From positions 653,027 to 717,026 of the forward strand of contig CAWDVP010000002.1 of assembly GCA_963805945.1 (NCBI GenBank): DNA of 64,000 nucleotides, given 5' to 3'. Position numbers and translations under genes: made by a program. The DNA is from Vulcanimicrobiota bacterium. GTDB taxonomy: Bacteria; Vulcanimicrobiota; Vulcanimicrobiia; Eremiobacterales; Eremiobacteraceae. This document shows, piece after piece, positions 1-10,049 of this stretch; positions within the stretch are counted from its first letter, which is position 1; the number at the start of each line of letters is the position of its first letter. A model generated the notes under the pieces. The model had not been told where the DNA came from. It was given only the letters and a program-made list of their open reading frames with translations, and ran no database searches.

Positions 1-699
1 TTTCTTGCGATTCGACTCAAGCGGACCGTCCGACGCGCCGGTCGTCGGTAATGGAGCGGTCGAATTTATTCGACCGTCCGAAACATCGGCGAGCGATACT
101 TCTTCGATCGGCTTCTTGGACGCGCGCATGAGCAGGATCGGCGAGATCGACCGCACGCTGATCCCGTAGGCGGCAGCCGCGATGACGATAGGAGCCGGAG
201 CGCCGGAGCGCACGAGATCGGATCCGCGGATACAAGTCACGTCGAGTGAGTCGCCTGCCGCACCGACCTCGACCGCCTCGCACCGAAGTCCGGCGCCGAG
301 AAACGCGGAGAGATAGCCGGCGACCGATCCGCTGCCGAGCGACGCGGTCGAGGCGCCGCAGAACACGACGTCGGCGCCGTCCTCTTGAAGCGCGGCGGCG
401 AGCGCCGCGGCGATGCCGGCTTCGTCTGCCTGCTCGAGCAACGGATCTGTGATCGCGACGAGCCGCGCCGCGCCGAACGCGGCCGCCTCGCGCAGCGCCG
501 AGGATGCGCCCACGCCCGCGCTATACGCGTCGAACGTCGTCTCGCGCGCCTTCGCCAAACGCGCCGCGAGCTCCACAGCCATGCGGTCGGCCGGGTTGAG
601 CAGCATCTCGGCGTCCTGCACGTCGAGCAGCTGACGAAAACGGTCCCACTTCACCTTGTCGGGATGTGGGACCGCCGCGACGCAGACCGCGATGCGCAC
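1..699 (-). CDS. etfB: Electron transfer flavoprotein beta subunit-like (EtfB/FixA), runs off left edge
   Basis: Manual translation from GTG at 699: VRIAVCVAAVPHPD...LNPADRMAVELA...FGAARL...DVVFCGAST...MRASKKPIEEVSLAD; directly downstream of the acyl-CoA dehydrogenase; not in ORF track because incomplete. Confidence 0.85.
   Translation of the reverse strand, partial: MRIAVCVAAVPHPDKVKWDRFRQLLDVQDAEMLLNPADRMAVELAARLAKARETTFDAYSAGVGASSALREAAAFGAARLVAITDPLLEQADEAGIAAALAAALQEDGADVVFCGASTASLGSGSVAGYLSAFLGAGLRCEAVEVGAAGDSLDVTCIRGSDLVRSGAPAPIVIAAAAYGISVRSISPILLMRASKKPIEEVSLADVSDGRINSTAPLPTTGASDGPLESNRKK
52..80. repeat. Palindromic element TGGAGCGGTCGA-N6-TCGACCGTCCG, copy 1 (in-frame within etfB)
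   Basis: tggagcggtcgaatttattcgaccgtccg; near-identical copies at 23684, 55611, 58936. Confidence 0.85.
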
Positions 700-700
700 G

Positions 701-1870
701 CTACTTGAGGAGCTCTTCCGCGATGATCATCCGCTGGATCTCGTTCGTGCCCTCGTAGATCGCGAGGATGCGCGCGTCTCGATAGCCGCGCTCGATGCCG
801 GTCTCCTTCATGAAGCCCATGCCGCCGAAGATCTGCAGCACACGGTCGACGACATGGATCGCCATGTCTGAGCAGTAGCGCTTCACCATCGCGGCTTCCA
901 TCGAGAAGCGTTCGCCGCGATCGGCCTTCCACGCGCCGTTGTACACCATGTTGCGCGCCGCGTAGATCTCGGTGGCGATGTCGGCGAGCATGAACTGCAC
1001 CGCCTGCTGCTTCGCGATCGGCTTGCCGAACTGGATGCGCTCCTTGGCGTGCGCGATGGCCTTCTCGAGCGCGAACTGCGACGCGCCGACGCAGCCTGCG
1101 CCGAGCGACAGCCGTCCGAGGTCGAGCGTCTTCATCGCGGTGATGAAGCCCATGCCGACTTGACCGATGACGTGATCGGCCGGCACTTTGGCGTCGGTGA
1201 AGATGAGCTCGCATGTGTGGCTGCCGTACAGCCCCATCTTGCGGTCGTTCGGTCCGCGCTTCACGCCCGGCTGGTTGAGATCGACCCAGAACGCGGTGAT
1301 GCCGCCGCGCGCGCCGAGGCTCTTGTCGGTCACCGCGAACACCGTCGCGAAGTCGGCGATGTCGCCGTTCGTGATGTAGTGCTTCACGCCGTTGAGCAGG
1401 AACGTGTCGCCGTCGCGCATGGCGCTCGTCTGGATGTTCGCGGCGTCCGAGCCCGCTGCGGGTTCGGACAGCGCGAAGCACGCGATCTTGTCGCCGGCGC
1501 TCAGGGCGGGGAAGTACTTGTCCTTGAGCTCCTTGCTGCCGTCGAGGTAGAGCGCCATCGCGCCGATGCTGCAATGCGCGCCGATGAGGTTCGAGAAGCA
1601 CGCGTTGGTGCGGCCGAGCTCCTCGAGCGCGACGCAGTAGCCGAGCTCGCCGATGCCCGCGCCGCCGTACTCCTCGGAGAACGACAGGCCGAACATGCCC
1701 ATCTCTTTCATCTTCTCGATGGTCGCCTTCGGGATGTCGTCGGTGTCCTCGACCTGCTGGCTGATCGGCCACAGCTCTTTTTCCACGAACTCGCGGATCG
1801 AGCGCCGCAGCAGCTTGAGGTCCTCGGGCAGTTCGAAATTCAGACCTTCGGATTTGGTGGCGATTGCCAT
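701..1870 (-). CDS. Acyl-CoA dehydrogenase
   Basis: FALSEPAAGSD, LNGVKHYITNG, R-QFGKPI, QIFGGMGF, IYEGTNEIQR motifs. Confidence 0.95.
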   Translation of the reverse strand: MAIATKSEGLNFELPEDLKLLRRSIREFVEKELWPISQQVEDTDDIPKATIEKMKEMGMFGLSFSEEYGGAGIGELGYCVALEELGRTNACFSNLIGAHCSIGAMALYLDGSKELKDKYFPALSAGDKIACFALSEPAAGSDAANIQTSAMRDGDTFLLNGVKHYITNGDIADFATVFAVTDKSLGARGGITAFWVDLNQPGVKRGPNDRKMGLYGSHTCELIFTDAKVPADHVIGQVGMGFITAMKTLDLGRLSLGAGCVGASQFALEKAIAHAKERIQFGKPIAKQQAVQFMLADIATEIYAARNMVYNGAWKADRGERFSMEAAMVKRYCSDMAIHVVDRVLQIFGGMGFMKETGIERGYRDARILAIYEGTNEIQRMIIAEELLK

Positions 1871-1883
1871 GATGCGAACCTTT

Positions 1884-2681
1884 CTACGATCCGGTGAACT
1901 TGGGCTTGCGCTTGCCGAGGAAGGCGGCCACGCCTTCCTTGGCGTCGTTGCTCGCGAATATCGTGTGGACGCTGTCGGCTTCCGCTTTCAATCCCGCGGC
2001 GAAGCCCTGCTCGAGGCCGGTGTTGGTGGCGTCTTTGATGTGCTTCATCGCCAGCGGCGCGCCCATCGCCAGCTTGCGCGCGAGATTGCGCGCCTGCGTG
2101 AGCACTTCGTTGTCGGGCACGACTTTGTTGACCAGGCCGTAACGCATCGCGTCGTCGGCCTTGACGAGATCGCCGGTGAGCATCATCTCAAGCGCGCGAC
2201 CTTTGCCGACGAGCCGCGGCAGACGCTGGCTGCCGCCCCAGCCGGGGATGATGCCGAGGTTCACTTCCGGTTGGCCGAACTTGGCCGACTCGGCGGCGAT
2301 GCGGATGTCGCACGCCAGCGCGAGTTCGTTGCCGCCGCCGACGCACACGCCGTTGACCGCGGCGATGACCGGTTTGGGGAAGTGCTCGATCTTCGAGAAG
2401 AGGTCGTGTCCGCGCTGCACCGAGGCGCGCGCGCCCGCTTCGTCGAGCCCCACGAATTCGGAGATGTCGGCGCCGCCGACGAACACGTACTGACCTGCGC
2501 CGGTGATGACGATGGCGCGCGCATTGGCATCGCTTGCAAGTGCGTCGAAGGCCGCGTTGAGCTCTTCGAGGGTCGCCTTGGACAGCGCGTTGGCCGGCGG
2601 ACGGTTGATGGTGATGACGGCGACGCCGCCTTGGACGTCGACGAGGATGTTGGAGTAGGTCGCGGTGGCCTCAGGCATCAC
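1884..2681 (-). CDS. Enoyl-CoA hydratase (crotonase family)
   Basis: INRPPANAL, GGADI, GGGNELALACDIR, FGQPEVNLGIIPGWGG. Confidence 0.93.
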   Translation of the reverse strand: MMPEATATYSNILVDVQGGVAVITINRPPANALSKATLEELNAAFDALASDANARAIVITGAGQYVFVGGADISEFVGLDEAGARASVQRGHDLFSKIEHFPKPVIAAVNGVCVGGGNELALACDIRIAAESAKFGQPEVNLGIIPGWGGSQRLPRLVGKGRALEMMLTGDLVKADDAMRYGLVNKVVPDNEVLTQARNLARKLAMGAPLAMKHIKDATNTGLEQGFAAGLKAEADSVHTIFASNDAKEGVAAFLGKRKPKFTGS

Positions 2682-3004
2682 GAGTACTCCAAGAAGCCGC
2701 GGCCGGTCTTCTTGCCGAGCGCGCCTTTGGCGACGAGCTGTTCGAGCGTGGCGCTCGGTTTGTAGTTGTCGCCGTACTTCGCGTGCAGCGTGCGCAGCGT
2801 CTCGAGCACGGTGTCGAGCCCGACCGTGTCGGCCTGCTCGAGCGGCCCGGTCGCGAAGCCCGCGCCCGCGCGCAGCGCGAGATCGATGTCCTTGGCGCTT
2901 GCGATGTTCTCATCGAGCAGTCTGCCCGCTTCGGCGATCGCGGCGTAGGTGAAGCGCTCGACGAGCGCGGTTTCTTTGTCTTGTGTGACGGCCATGATGC
3001 TCAC
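2678..3004 (-). CDS. Stand-alone 3-hydroxyacyl-CoA dehydrogenase C-terminal domain protein
   Basis: DIDLALRAGAGF..GPLEQADTVGLD, GALGKKTGRGF. Confidence 0.85.
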   Translation of the reverse strand: MSIMAVTQDKETALVERFTYAAIAEAGRLLDENIASAKDIDLALRAGAGFATGPLEQADTVGLDTVLETLRTLHAKYGDNYKPSATLEQLVAKGALGKKTGRGFLEYS

Positions 3005-3864
3005 TCGCCTTTCGCGCTGGTGTGGGTGTAGAAGCCTTTGCCCGTCTTCACGCCGAGATTGCCGGCGGCGACGAGGTCGCGCAATTCCTTGGGCGCGGCG
3101 AAGCGCGGGCCGTACGCCTTCTCAAGCGTCGCCGCGACGTCGGCGGAGATGTCGAGCCCGAGCATATCGGCGAGCAGGAACGGCCCCATCGGCACGCCGC
3201 CGCGCTCGACGACGATCTTGTCGACCGTCTCGTGGTCGACGCCGAGCTCTTCGCGCGCCTTGATGATCTCGACCATCGATGCCATGAGCACGCGGTTGAC
3301 GACGAAGCCGGCGCACTCTTTGACCTTGACGGGGATCTTGCGCAGCTCTTCGGCGAACGAGACCGCGGTGTCCATCGTGTCCTGGCTCGTCTGGGCGCCG
3401 GCGACCACTTCGATGAGCTTCATGACCGACGCCGGGTTGAAGAAGTGGAAGCCGACGACTTGACCGGGGCGCTTCGTCGCGCTTGCGAGCGCAGATATGG
3501 AAAGCGCCGAGGTGTTGCTCGCGAGGATCGCCGTGCTCTGACAGCGCTTGTCGAGCTCGGCGAAGACCGCCTGTTTGATCTCGAGCTTCTCCGGCACCGC
3601 TTCGACGACGAAGTCGACGTCGCCGAACTCGTCATAGGTGAGCGTCGGCGTGATGAGCGCCATCTTCTCGTCCATCTCGGCCTGCGTGAGCTTGCCGGCC
3701 TTCACGCGCCGCGCGTACACGCCGCTCGCGGTCGCCATGCCGTGGTCGAGCGCCTTCTGATCGACGTCCTTGAGCAGCACCGGCAAGCCGGCCCACGAGA
3801 TCACCTGCGCGATCTCGCCGCCCATCGCACCCGCGCCGACGACGGCGCACTTGAAGATATACAT
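3001..3864 (-). CDS. 3-hydroxyacyl-CoA dehydrogenase
   Basis: GAGAMG, VEAVPE, LASNTS, GFHFFNP, GFVVNR, PMGPF. Confidence 0.95.
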   Translation of the reverse strand: MYIFKCAVVGAGAMGGEIAQVISWAGLPVLLKDVDQKALDHGMATASGVYARRVKAGKLTQAEMDEKMALITPTLTYDEFGDVDFVVEAVPEKLEIKQAVFAELDKRCQSTAILASNTSALSISALASATKRPGQVVGFHFFNPASVMKLIEVVAGAQTSQDTMDTAVSFAEELRKIPVKVKECAGFVVNRVLMASMVEIIKAREELGVDHETVDKIVVERGGVPMGPFLLADMLGLDISADVAATLEKAYGPRFAAPKELRDLVAAGNLGVKTGKGFYTHTSAKGE

Positions 3865-3868
3865 AGGA

Positions 3869-5078
3869 CTACGCGGCCTCCATGTTCTCGATGACGAGCG
3901 AACCGCCCTGACCGCCGCCGACGCACATCGTCACCAGACCGTAGCGTTTGCCGCTGCGGCGCATCTCGAAGACGAGCGTCGTGGTGAGGCGCGAACCGGT
4001 CGCGCCGATCGGGTGGCCTAAGGCGATCGCGCCGCCGTTGACGTTGACGATGCTGCGATCGAGCTCCATGAGCTTCTCGCAGGCGAGGTACTGCGCGGCG
4101 AACGCCTCGTTGAACTCGATGAGCTGGATGTCGTCGAGCGTGATGCCGGCGCGTTGCAGCGCTTTGGGCGTCGCCACCGTCGGTCCGAGGCCCATCGTCT
4201 TGGGGTCGCAGCCGGCGAACGCGTACGAGAGGATGCGCGCGATCGGCTTCAGGCCCAGTTCGCGCGCCTTCGCCGCGCTCGCGACGATGAGCGCCGCACC
4301 CGCGTCGTTGATCGGGCACGAGTTGCCCGGCGTCACCGTGCCGCCTTTCTTGAAGACGGTGGGATAGAGCGCGAGCTTCTGCACCGAGAGACCTGCCTGC
4401 GGCCCCTCGTCCTTGGCGACGGTCTCAGGCTCGCCGTGCTTCTTTGGCACTTGCACGTGCACGAGCTCGTCTGCGAACTTGCCGGTGCGCTGCGCGCGAA
4501 ACGCTTTGTTGTGGCTCTCGACCGCGAGCTGGTCCTGCTGCTCGCGCGTGATGCCGAACTCTTCGGCGAGCACTTCGGCCGTCTGGCCCATGAGCATGCC
4601 GGTGTGATGATCGGTGAGCCCGGTCCAGATCGGGTCGAGCATCTCCGCCGGGCGCAGCCGCGCGCCCCAACGCGCCGACGGGATGATGTATGGCGCCATC
4701 GATTGGTTCTCAGTGCCGCCGACGAGATAGACGTCGCCGTCGCCTGAGGCGATGGCTTGCACCGCGTTGGCGATCGATTGCACGCCGCTCGCGCAATTGC
4801 GCTGCACGCTGTACGCCGGGCGTGCCGATCGGGATGCCGACCTCGAGCGAGATCTGACGCGCGATGTTGGCGAACTCGATGGGCTGGCCGCCGCTGCCGA
4901 TGATGACTTCGTCGATGTGCTCGACGCCGATGCCCGCACGTTCGATCGCCGCCTTGGCGGCGGTGGTGCCGAGCTGGAGGGCGTCGTATTCACGATACGC
5001 GCCGCCGAAGTTGCCGACGGGCGTGCGCGCCGCGCTGAGGATGACCGTGTCGCGGTCGTTCAAGGATCCGTTCTTCAC
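3869..5078 (-). CDS. Acetyl-CoA C-acyltransferase (thiolase), one frameshift near 4818
   Basis: N-term SAARTPVG in ORF 4710..5078; NCASG, NEAFAAQ, GAIALGHPIGATG, MCVGGGQG in ORF 3869..4993. Confidence 0.92.
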
Positions 5079-5539
5079 GATGCGAGCTCCGATGCGGCCG
5101 CGCGCGCCTTGCGGCGGCGGGTCGGTTTAGCCGGGGGTAGGTCGAGCACTTCGCTGCGCAAGCGCAGCATGGCTTCAATGAGGGCGTCTAAATGTGGACG
5201 CATGCGCACCTTGATCTGTTCGTAGCGGTCCTGGCCGGCGCGCGTGATGCGGTAGATGCGCCGGCTGCGGCGGTCCGGATGCTCCCAGGTGCCGACGACG
5301 AAGCCGCGCTCCTCGAGCCGGCGCAGCAGCGGATACATCGTGTTGGGGTTGACGGGCATGACCGAGCCGGTCAGCTGTTCGATGCGCTCCATGAGGCCGT
5401 AGCCGTGGTCGGGGTTCTTTGAAAGCAGATGCAGGATGAGCAGCGGCACGATGGTCTTGGTCTTCACCGGCCCGCGGAAGATGGCGGAGCCGAAGACGGC
5501 GTCTTGGATCGGGACGGTGCTATTACTTTTAATAATCAT
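5075..5539 (-). CDS. PadR family transcriptional regulator
   Basis: HGYGLM...MYPLLRRLEERG...RRIYRIT..G. Confidence 0.9.
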   Translation of the reverse strand: MIIKSNSTVPIQDAVFGSAIFRGPVKTKTIVPLLILHLLSKNPDHGYGLMERIEQLTGSVMPVNPNTMYPLLRRLEERGFVVGTWEHPDRRSRRIYRITRAGQDRYEQIKVRMRPHLDALIEAMLRLRSEVLDLPPAKPTRRRKARAAASELAS

Positions 5540-5556
5540 ACAATTGGAATGATACG

Positions 5557-5585
5557 AGTATAGCGGCCAGGGTCGCCCCGGTCAA
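5557..5585 (-). promoter_or_regulatory. Sigma70-type promoter of the padR/beta-oxidation operon
   Basis: Minus strand TTGACC-N17-TATACT; ATCAT-N9-ATGAT inverted repeat at 5535-5553 just downstream (candidate operator). Confidence 0.65.
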
Positions 5586-5604
5586 GAGCGAACACCGATT
5601 CGCT

Positions 5605-7119
5605 GTGCTCGAGGAGATCCGCGACGCCCCCGTCTGGAAGCCCACGAAGCCGTGGGCCGACTGGCAGGCGGAACGGGATGCGCGCCTCCACCGCTTCATC
5701 AATGAGCAGCTCTACCCGTACAGCCCCTTCTATAGGCGGCTGTTCGACCGCAATAAGCTCGACCCCAAGAGCATCCGCACGATCGCCGACCTGCGACGCA
5801 TCCCCTTCACCACGAAAGTCGATATCGCGCCCACCGCCGACAACCCCACGCGGCATCTCGATCTCGTGTTGCAACCCGACGCCGAGAAGATACGCGCATT
5901 CGCACCCAAATCGAAACTGCTCGGGCTCGCGCTCACGCGTCTGCTGCACGGCGCGAAGGCGGCCGAGCAGCAGGTCCGCAACGAGTACGGCCCGCTGCAG
6001 GTGATCTTCACCACCGGGCGCACCGCATTGCCGACGCAGTTCGTGTACGCGATCGGCGACATGGATCGCTTCTATCGGGTGGGGCGCCGGCTCATGGACG
6101 TCTTCGGCATCGAAGGCGACAACCGGTGTCTGAACATGTTCCCGTTCGCGCCGCATCTCGCGTTCTGGCAGACCTTCGCCGTCGGCATGGCGGGCGGCAC
6201 GCTCACGCTCCACACGGGCGGCGGCAAGGTGATGGGAACGGCCGGCAACATCATGGCTCTCAATCGCATGCAGCCGCACGTGATCATGGGCGTGCCGGGC
6301 TATATCTATCATCTGTTGCGCCAAGCCGACAGCGAAGGGATCAAACTTTCGCAGCTGCACACCATCGCGCTCGGCGGCGAGCGCGTACCCATCCCACTGA
6401 AGGCCAGGCTCGGCGAGATCTGCGCGCACATGGGTCGCCCCGACGTGCGGGTGCACAGTGTCTACGGCTTCACCGAGTCGAGACAATGCTGGGCCGAGTG
6501 CAAGCCGCCGGACGCCGAGACGTCATATGGCTTCCACACCTATCCCGAGCTCGACGTGTTCGAGATCGTGAACCCAGAATCGGGCGAGCCGGTCGCCCCG
6601 GGCGAGCGCGGCGAGCTCGTGTACTCGACCCTGGAAGGGCGCGGCTCGTGCGTGCTGCGCTATCGCACCGGCGATATCGCGGAGACCGGCATCGTCTACG
6701 ATCCGTGTCCGGGCTGTGGCCGCGTCGTGCCGCGCATCTCGACGACGCTCTCGCGCCGCACGGATATGGGCGAGCTGCAGCTGACCAAAATCCGCGGCAC
6801 CTTGGTGGATCTCAACAATTTCCTGCCCTCGATGGCGGCGATCCCCGAGGTGATCGAGTGGCAGCTCATCGTCAAGAAGCACAACGACGACCCCAACGAT
6901 CTCGACGAGCTCGTGCTCTATATCGCGGTCGCGCCGCATGTGGATCACACGGCGATCAAGGAGACGGTGGCGCGCAAGCTGATGGCCGACACCGAGGTGA
7001 CGCCCAACCATATCGAAGTGATCCCGCTGGCGCAGCTCGAGGAACGTCTCGGGCTGGACACGCAGATGAAAGAATTGCGGATACGCGACTTGCGGGGTCA
7101 TGCAAAGCCCGCCAAGTAA
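5605..7119 (+). CDS. Phenylacetate-CoA ligase-like adenylate-forming enzyme (PaaK/F390 family)
   Basis: PFYRRL..IPFTTK, GGE, YGFTE, GERGELVYS, LRYRTGD. Confidence 0.8.
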   Translation: MLEEIRDAPVWKPTKPWADWQAERDARLHRFINEQLYPYSPFYRRLFDRNKLDPKSIRTIADLRRIPFTTKVDIAPTADNPTRHLDLVLQPDAEKIRAFAPKSKLLGLALTRLLHGAKAAEQQVRNEYGPLQVIFTTGRTALPTQFVYAIGDMDRFYRVGRRLMDVFGIEGDNRCLNMFPFAPHLAFWQTFAVGMAGGTLTLHTGGGKVMGTAGNIMALNRMQPHVIMGVPGYIYHLLRQADSEGIKLSQLHTIALGGERVPIPLKARLGEICAHMGRPDVRVHSVYGFTESRQCWAECKPPDAETSYGFHTYPELDVFEIVNPESGEPVAPGERGELVYSTLEGRGSCVLRYRTGDIAETGIVYDPCPGCGRVVPRISTTLSRRTDMGELQLTKIRGTLVDLNNFLPSMAAIPEVIEWQLIVKKHNDDPNDLDELVLYIAVAPHVDHTAIKETVARKLMADTEVTPNHIEVIPLAQLEERLGLDTQMKELRIRDLRGHAKPAK

Positions 7120-7132
7120 GGGCAATTGAGCG

Positions 7133-7721
7133 ATGAACAAGGCGCGCTTCGAGGCGTTCTCCGATGGAGTCTTCGCGTTCGCGATCACGCTGCTCGTGCT
7201 GGGTTTCGTCCTTCCAGCGATCTGCACGCGCGCCTGACTCGAATCACGATCTGGCCGCGGCGCTGTTGGCTCTGGCCGAATCTCATCGCTTACGCGCTCA
7301 GCTTCGGCGTCATCGGCATCATGTGGCAGAACCACCATGCGCTGTTCCGCCAAGTCGAACGCATCGATCGCCGCACGATCTTCTGGAACCTGCTCTTTGC
7401 TCGGCGGCACGGCGTTCATCCCGTTCGCGACGAGCGCGCTCGGCGACTACCCGACGATGCGCGCGTCCGCGTTCCTCTACGGCCTGACGCTTTCCACCAC
7501 CGCCACGGCCTACAATCTCATGCTCGCGCACTTGGTGCGGGCGAAGGCGTTCCATTCGGTGAGCGAGCAGACCATCAACGCGACCGTGCGCGCGTATCGC
7601 ACCGGGTGGATCGTCTACATCGCCGCGACGCTGCTGGCGCTGGTGTTTCCGGTCGTCAGTTTCGCCGCGTACATCATCATCGCGGCGTATTACCTCGTGC
7701 CGCGCGGGCTCGATTCCGACA
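7133..7721 (+). CDS. TMEM175 (DUF1211) K+ channel homolog, frameshifted, 3' end lost in noise
   Basis: MNKARFEAFSDGVFAFAITLLVL; later LIAYALSFGVIGIMWQNHH and AFIPFAT in shifted frames. Confidence 0.85.
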
Positions 7722-9040
7722 CGGGGGGGTTTGTGGTATTGGGGTGGTATAGAGTATAAGAATGGTAAAAGAGTGGGATTGAGATGTTTGGGAGTTGAGG
7801 GTGAGGGTGGGGTGAAGAGGGTGGTAAAGAAGAGTGTGTGGTAAGGGTGGGTGTGGATGTGGGAGGGGGAGATGAGTGTGGAGATGGTTGGGGGTGGGGG
7901 GGAAAGGGAGGCGGGGAGGGGGGCGGTGAGCGGGAGGGGGGCGGAGAAGGGGGGAGGGGGGCAAGCGGTTTTCGCGGGGGGGGGTGTTGGTGGGGGGGGT
8001 GTGGGAGGGTGGGAGTGTACAAGCGTTGAGAGTTCGCGGGTTGGTGGGGGAGAATAAGGTGCGTGCGGTGAGTGGAGGGGGAGTGAGCTGTATGCTGAGG
8101 TGGTAGTGGCGCTATGGGGCAAGTGAGGTGGGGAGGGAGTAGGAGAAGCAGCAGTAGCGTGTGGAGGTGTTGCGCGGTGCGTTGGGTGGCAAGGAGTGCG
8201 CGCTGGAGGATGTGCTGCTGGTGCGATTAGGTGTTGATTTGAGCTGGGTGGGTTGCTTTGGTATGGCGCTGGTGTGTGCTGCTGGTGTGTGTTGTCAGCG
8301 GTGTGGCGCGGAGATAGCATGAAGCGTAGCTGCTGCGTTAGTTGGCTGCGGGCACGCGGTGCTGTGGAGCATGGGTACTAGGTGTGGGGGTATGAAAGAG
8401 TGAGCGCGCAGCGGGTGGTGCGGTAGAGTTGCGGTGCGATGTAAGGCAGAACAGCGGTTTGGAGAATGCGTATAGACGATATGGAGAAGGAGTGCGTCGA
8501 TAGACTGGCACGCGCGGCGCTAGAAGTGTGGAAAGAGGCGACGCTTGGAGCGGCTGTTGGCAGTACACGCAGTGGTGCTGACGTGGCGCACGCGGGTGCT
8601 GCACACACGCTGCGATGATGGTGGAGAGAGAGAGAGACTTAGAGTGGGTGCGTTGAGCGAGAGACGATGGAAATGGCGCGTGGTGCGCGAGCGCGCAGAT
8701 TTGCTGCGCGGATGCATTGAAGGTACAAAAGTGAGTTGGAGAGTGGTGCGCTGGCTGGGTGCGAGTGTAGATGGCAGCGGCGCTTTGTGAGGTGTGAGTG
8801 TTTGCGAATTCTGTGACGAGAGCGCAGGTGCTGCGCGGTATGTTGAAAGCGCTGCGGTGCAGAGCTGGTTGATGCGATTGGGTGTGAAGGAGTGCGGTGA
8901 GAGTGTTGTTACGCAGCGCAGCAGAGTTACGGTGTGCGGTGAGTGTGAGCGACGATGGTAACTGGAGGAGGTGCGCAGGTGATTCTAGCGAGTGTGGTTG
9001 TGGAGTAGCTGTGGGTGAGTGCGCAGGTGCGGGGCTACTG
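7722..9040. other. Low-complexity G/T-rich, C-depleted stretch; probable base-calling artefact
   Basis: Abrupt compositional shift, G runs, no credible coding frame, interrupts genes on both sides. Confidence 0.8.
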
Positions 9041-9386
9041 GTGCGTGACGTCTACATCGCACGATGCCGATGAGGGCTGCACGCGCGTCTGCTCACGACT
9101 CCTCGATACGTGGTTTCAAGCAGAGCGGGCGCAGCTATTTCGTGCTCTACGGGAACAGCCGCGCCCGGCGCCCGTGTACGACTTCGCATCGCTCACCACG
9201 CGCGCGCAGCGCGACGCCGCCACGGTCGTCGCCGTCCGTGCAGAAAACAGCAATGCCGCATACCAGAGCCCGGAGCCTTGGACGGAGCGAAACGGCTGGG
9301 TGCTGTGGGTGGCGTTGCTCGCCGCGGTCGTCATCATCGGCGGCCTCGCCATCCGCATGATGCGGACGCCTCCGCCTGCTGCGTAG
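9041..9386 (+). CDS. 3' remnant of a membrane-anchored protein, DUF3999-like
   Basis: YFVLYGN...PVYDF...PWTERNGWVLWVALLAAVVIIGGLAIRMMR; 5' part lost in noisy segment. Confidence 0.55.
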
Positions 9387-9415
9387 CTGGCCGACTGAAA
9401 GGTCGGCCCCTACAT
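9383..9415 (-). repeat. GTAG-type REP palindrome
   Basis: Minus strand atgtaggggccgacctttcagtcggccagctac between convergent genes. Confidence 0.75.
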
Positions 9416-10043
9416 CATCCCCTTCGCTTGGCAGCGGGATGACCGCCGCGCGCACGTTGCGCGGCATCGCGTAGAAACACGTCAGCAGGAAGAACGCTAT
9501 CACCGCGCCGCGCGGCCAGACGAAGGCGATCAGCGTCGCGGCCGGATACGCGAGCAGCCCCACGACGTTCCACGCCGTGTGCCTCACCGAGCGGCCGCCC
9601 GGACCATGGACGGACCGCCAGGCCTCGTGCCACAGCAGGTTATAGAGCAGCGACAAGACGGACAGCGTAACGCCATAGAGGATGACGGCGGGCCGCGTGG
9701 TGCCGAACGAGCCCAACACATGCATCACGAACGGCACGAAGCAGACGACCAGCAAGAAGATCAGGTTGAGGATCGCGATCGCCAGCGTGATCCGGCTGAC
9801 GTTCTTGAACATGGCGTGGTGATTGACCCAGAAGATGCCGATCGTCGCAAAGGCGACGACGTAGACGAGAAACGTCTCCAGCTGCGCGGCGAGCTCGTGC
9901 CACTGCGCCGCTTCGCCCGCACCTCTCATGTTCTGGACGCGCAGCTCCAAGATCAGCAGCGTGATGGCGATGGCGAAGACGCCGTCGGTGAAGGCCTCGA
10001 AGCGGTTCTTGCTGATGTTGAGGGTCTCATCGCGCAGCAGCAA
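9415..10043 (-). CDS. TMEM175 (DUF1211) K+ channel homolog 2; 3' end uncertain (ORF reads on to 9147)
   Basis: KNRFEAFTDGVFAIAITLLILE, FATIGIFWVNHH, FVPF. Confidence 0.88.
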
Positions 10044-10049
10044 CCGGCC

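Noticed and set aside
7722..9040. G-quadruplex array, telomere-like DNA or Pro/His-rich ORFs
   Set aside because: No periodicity, cuts genes mid-frame and fades gradually into real sequence; best explained as base-calling noise
9147..9414. Long C-terminal extension of TMEM175 paralog 2
   Set aside because: Reads antisense through a REP and the convergent gene; likely a lost stop from an indel
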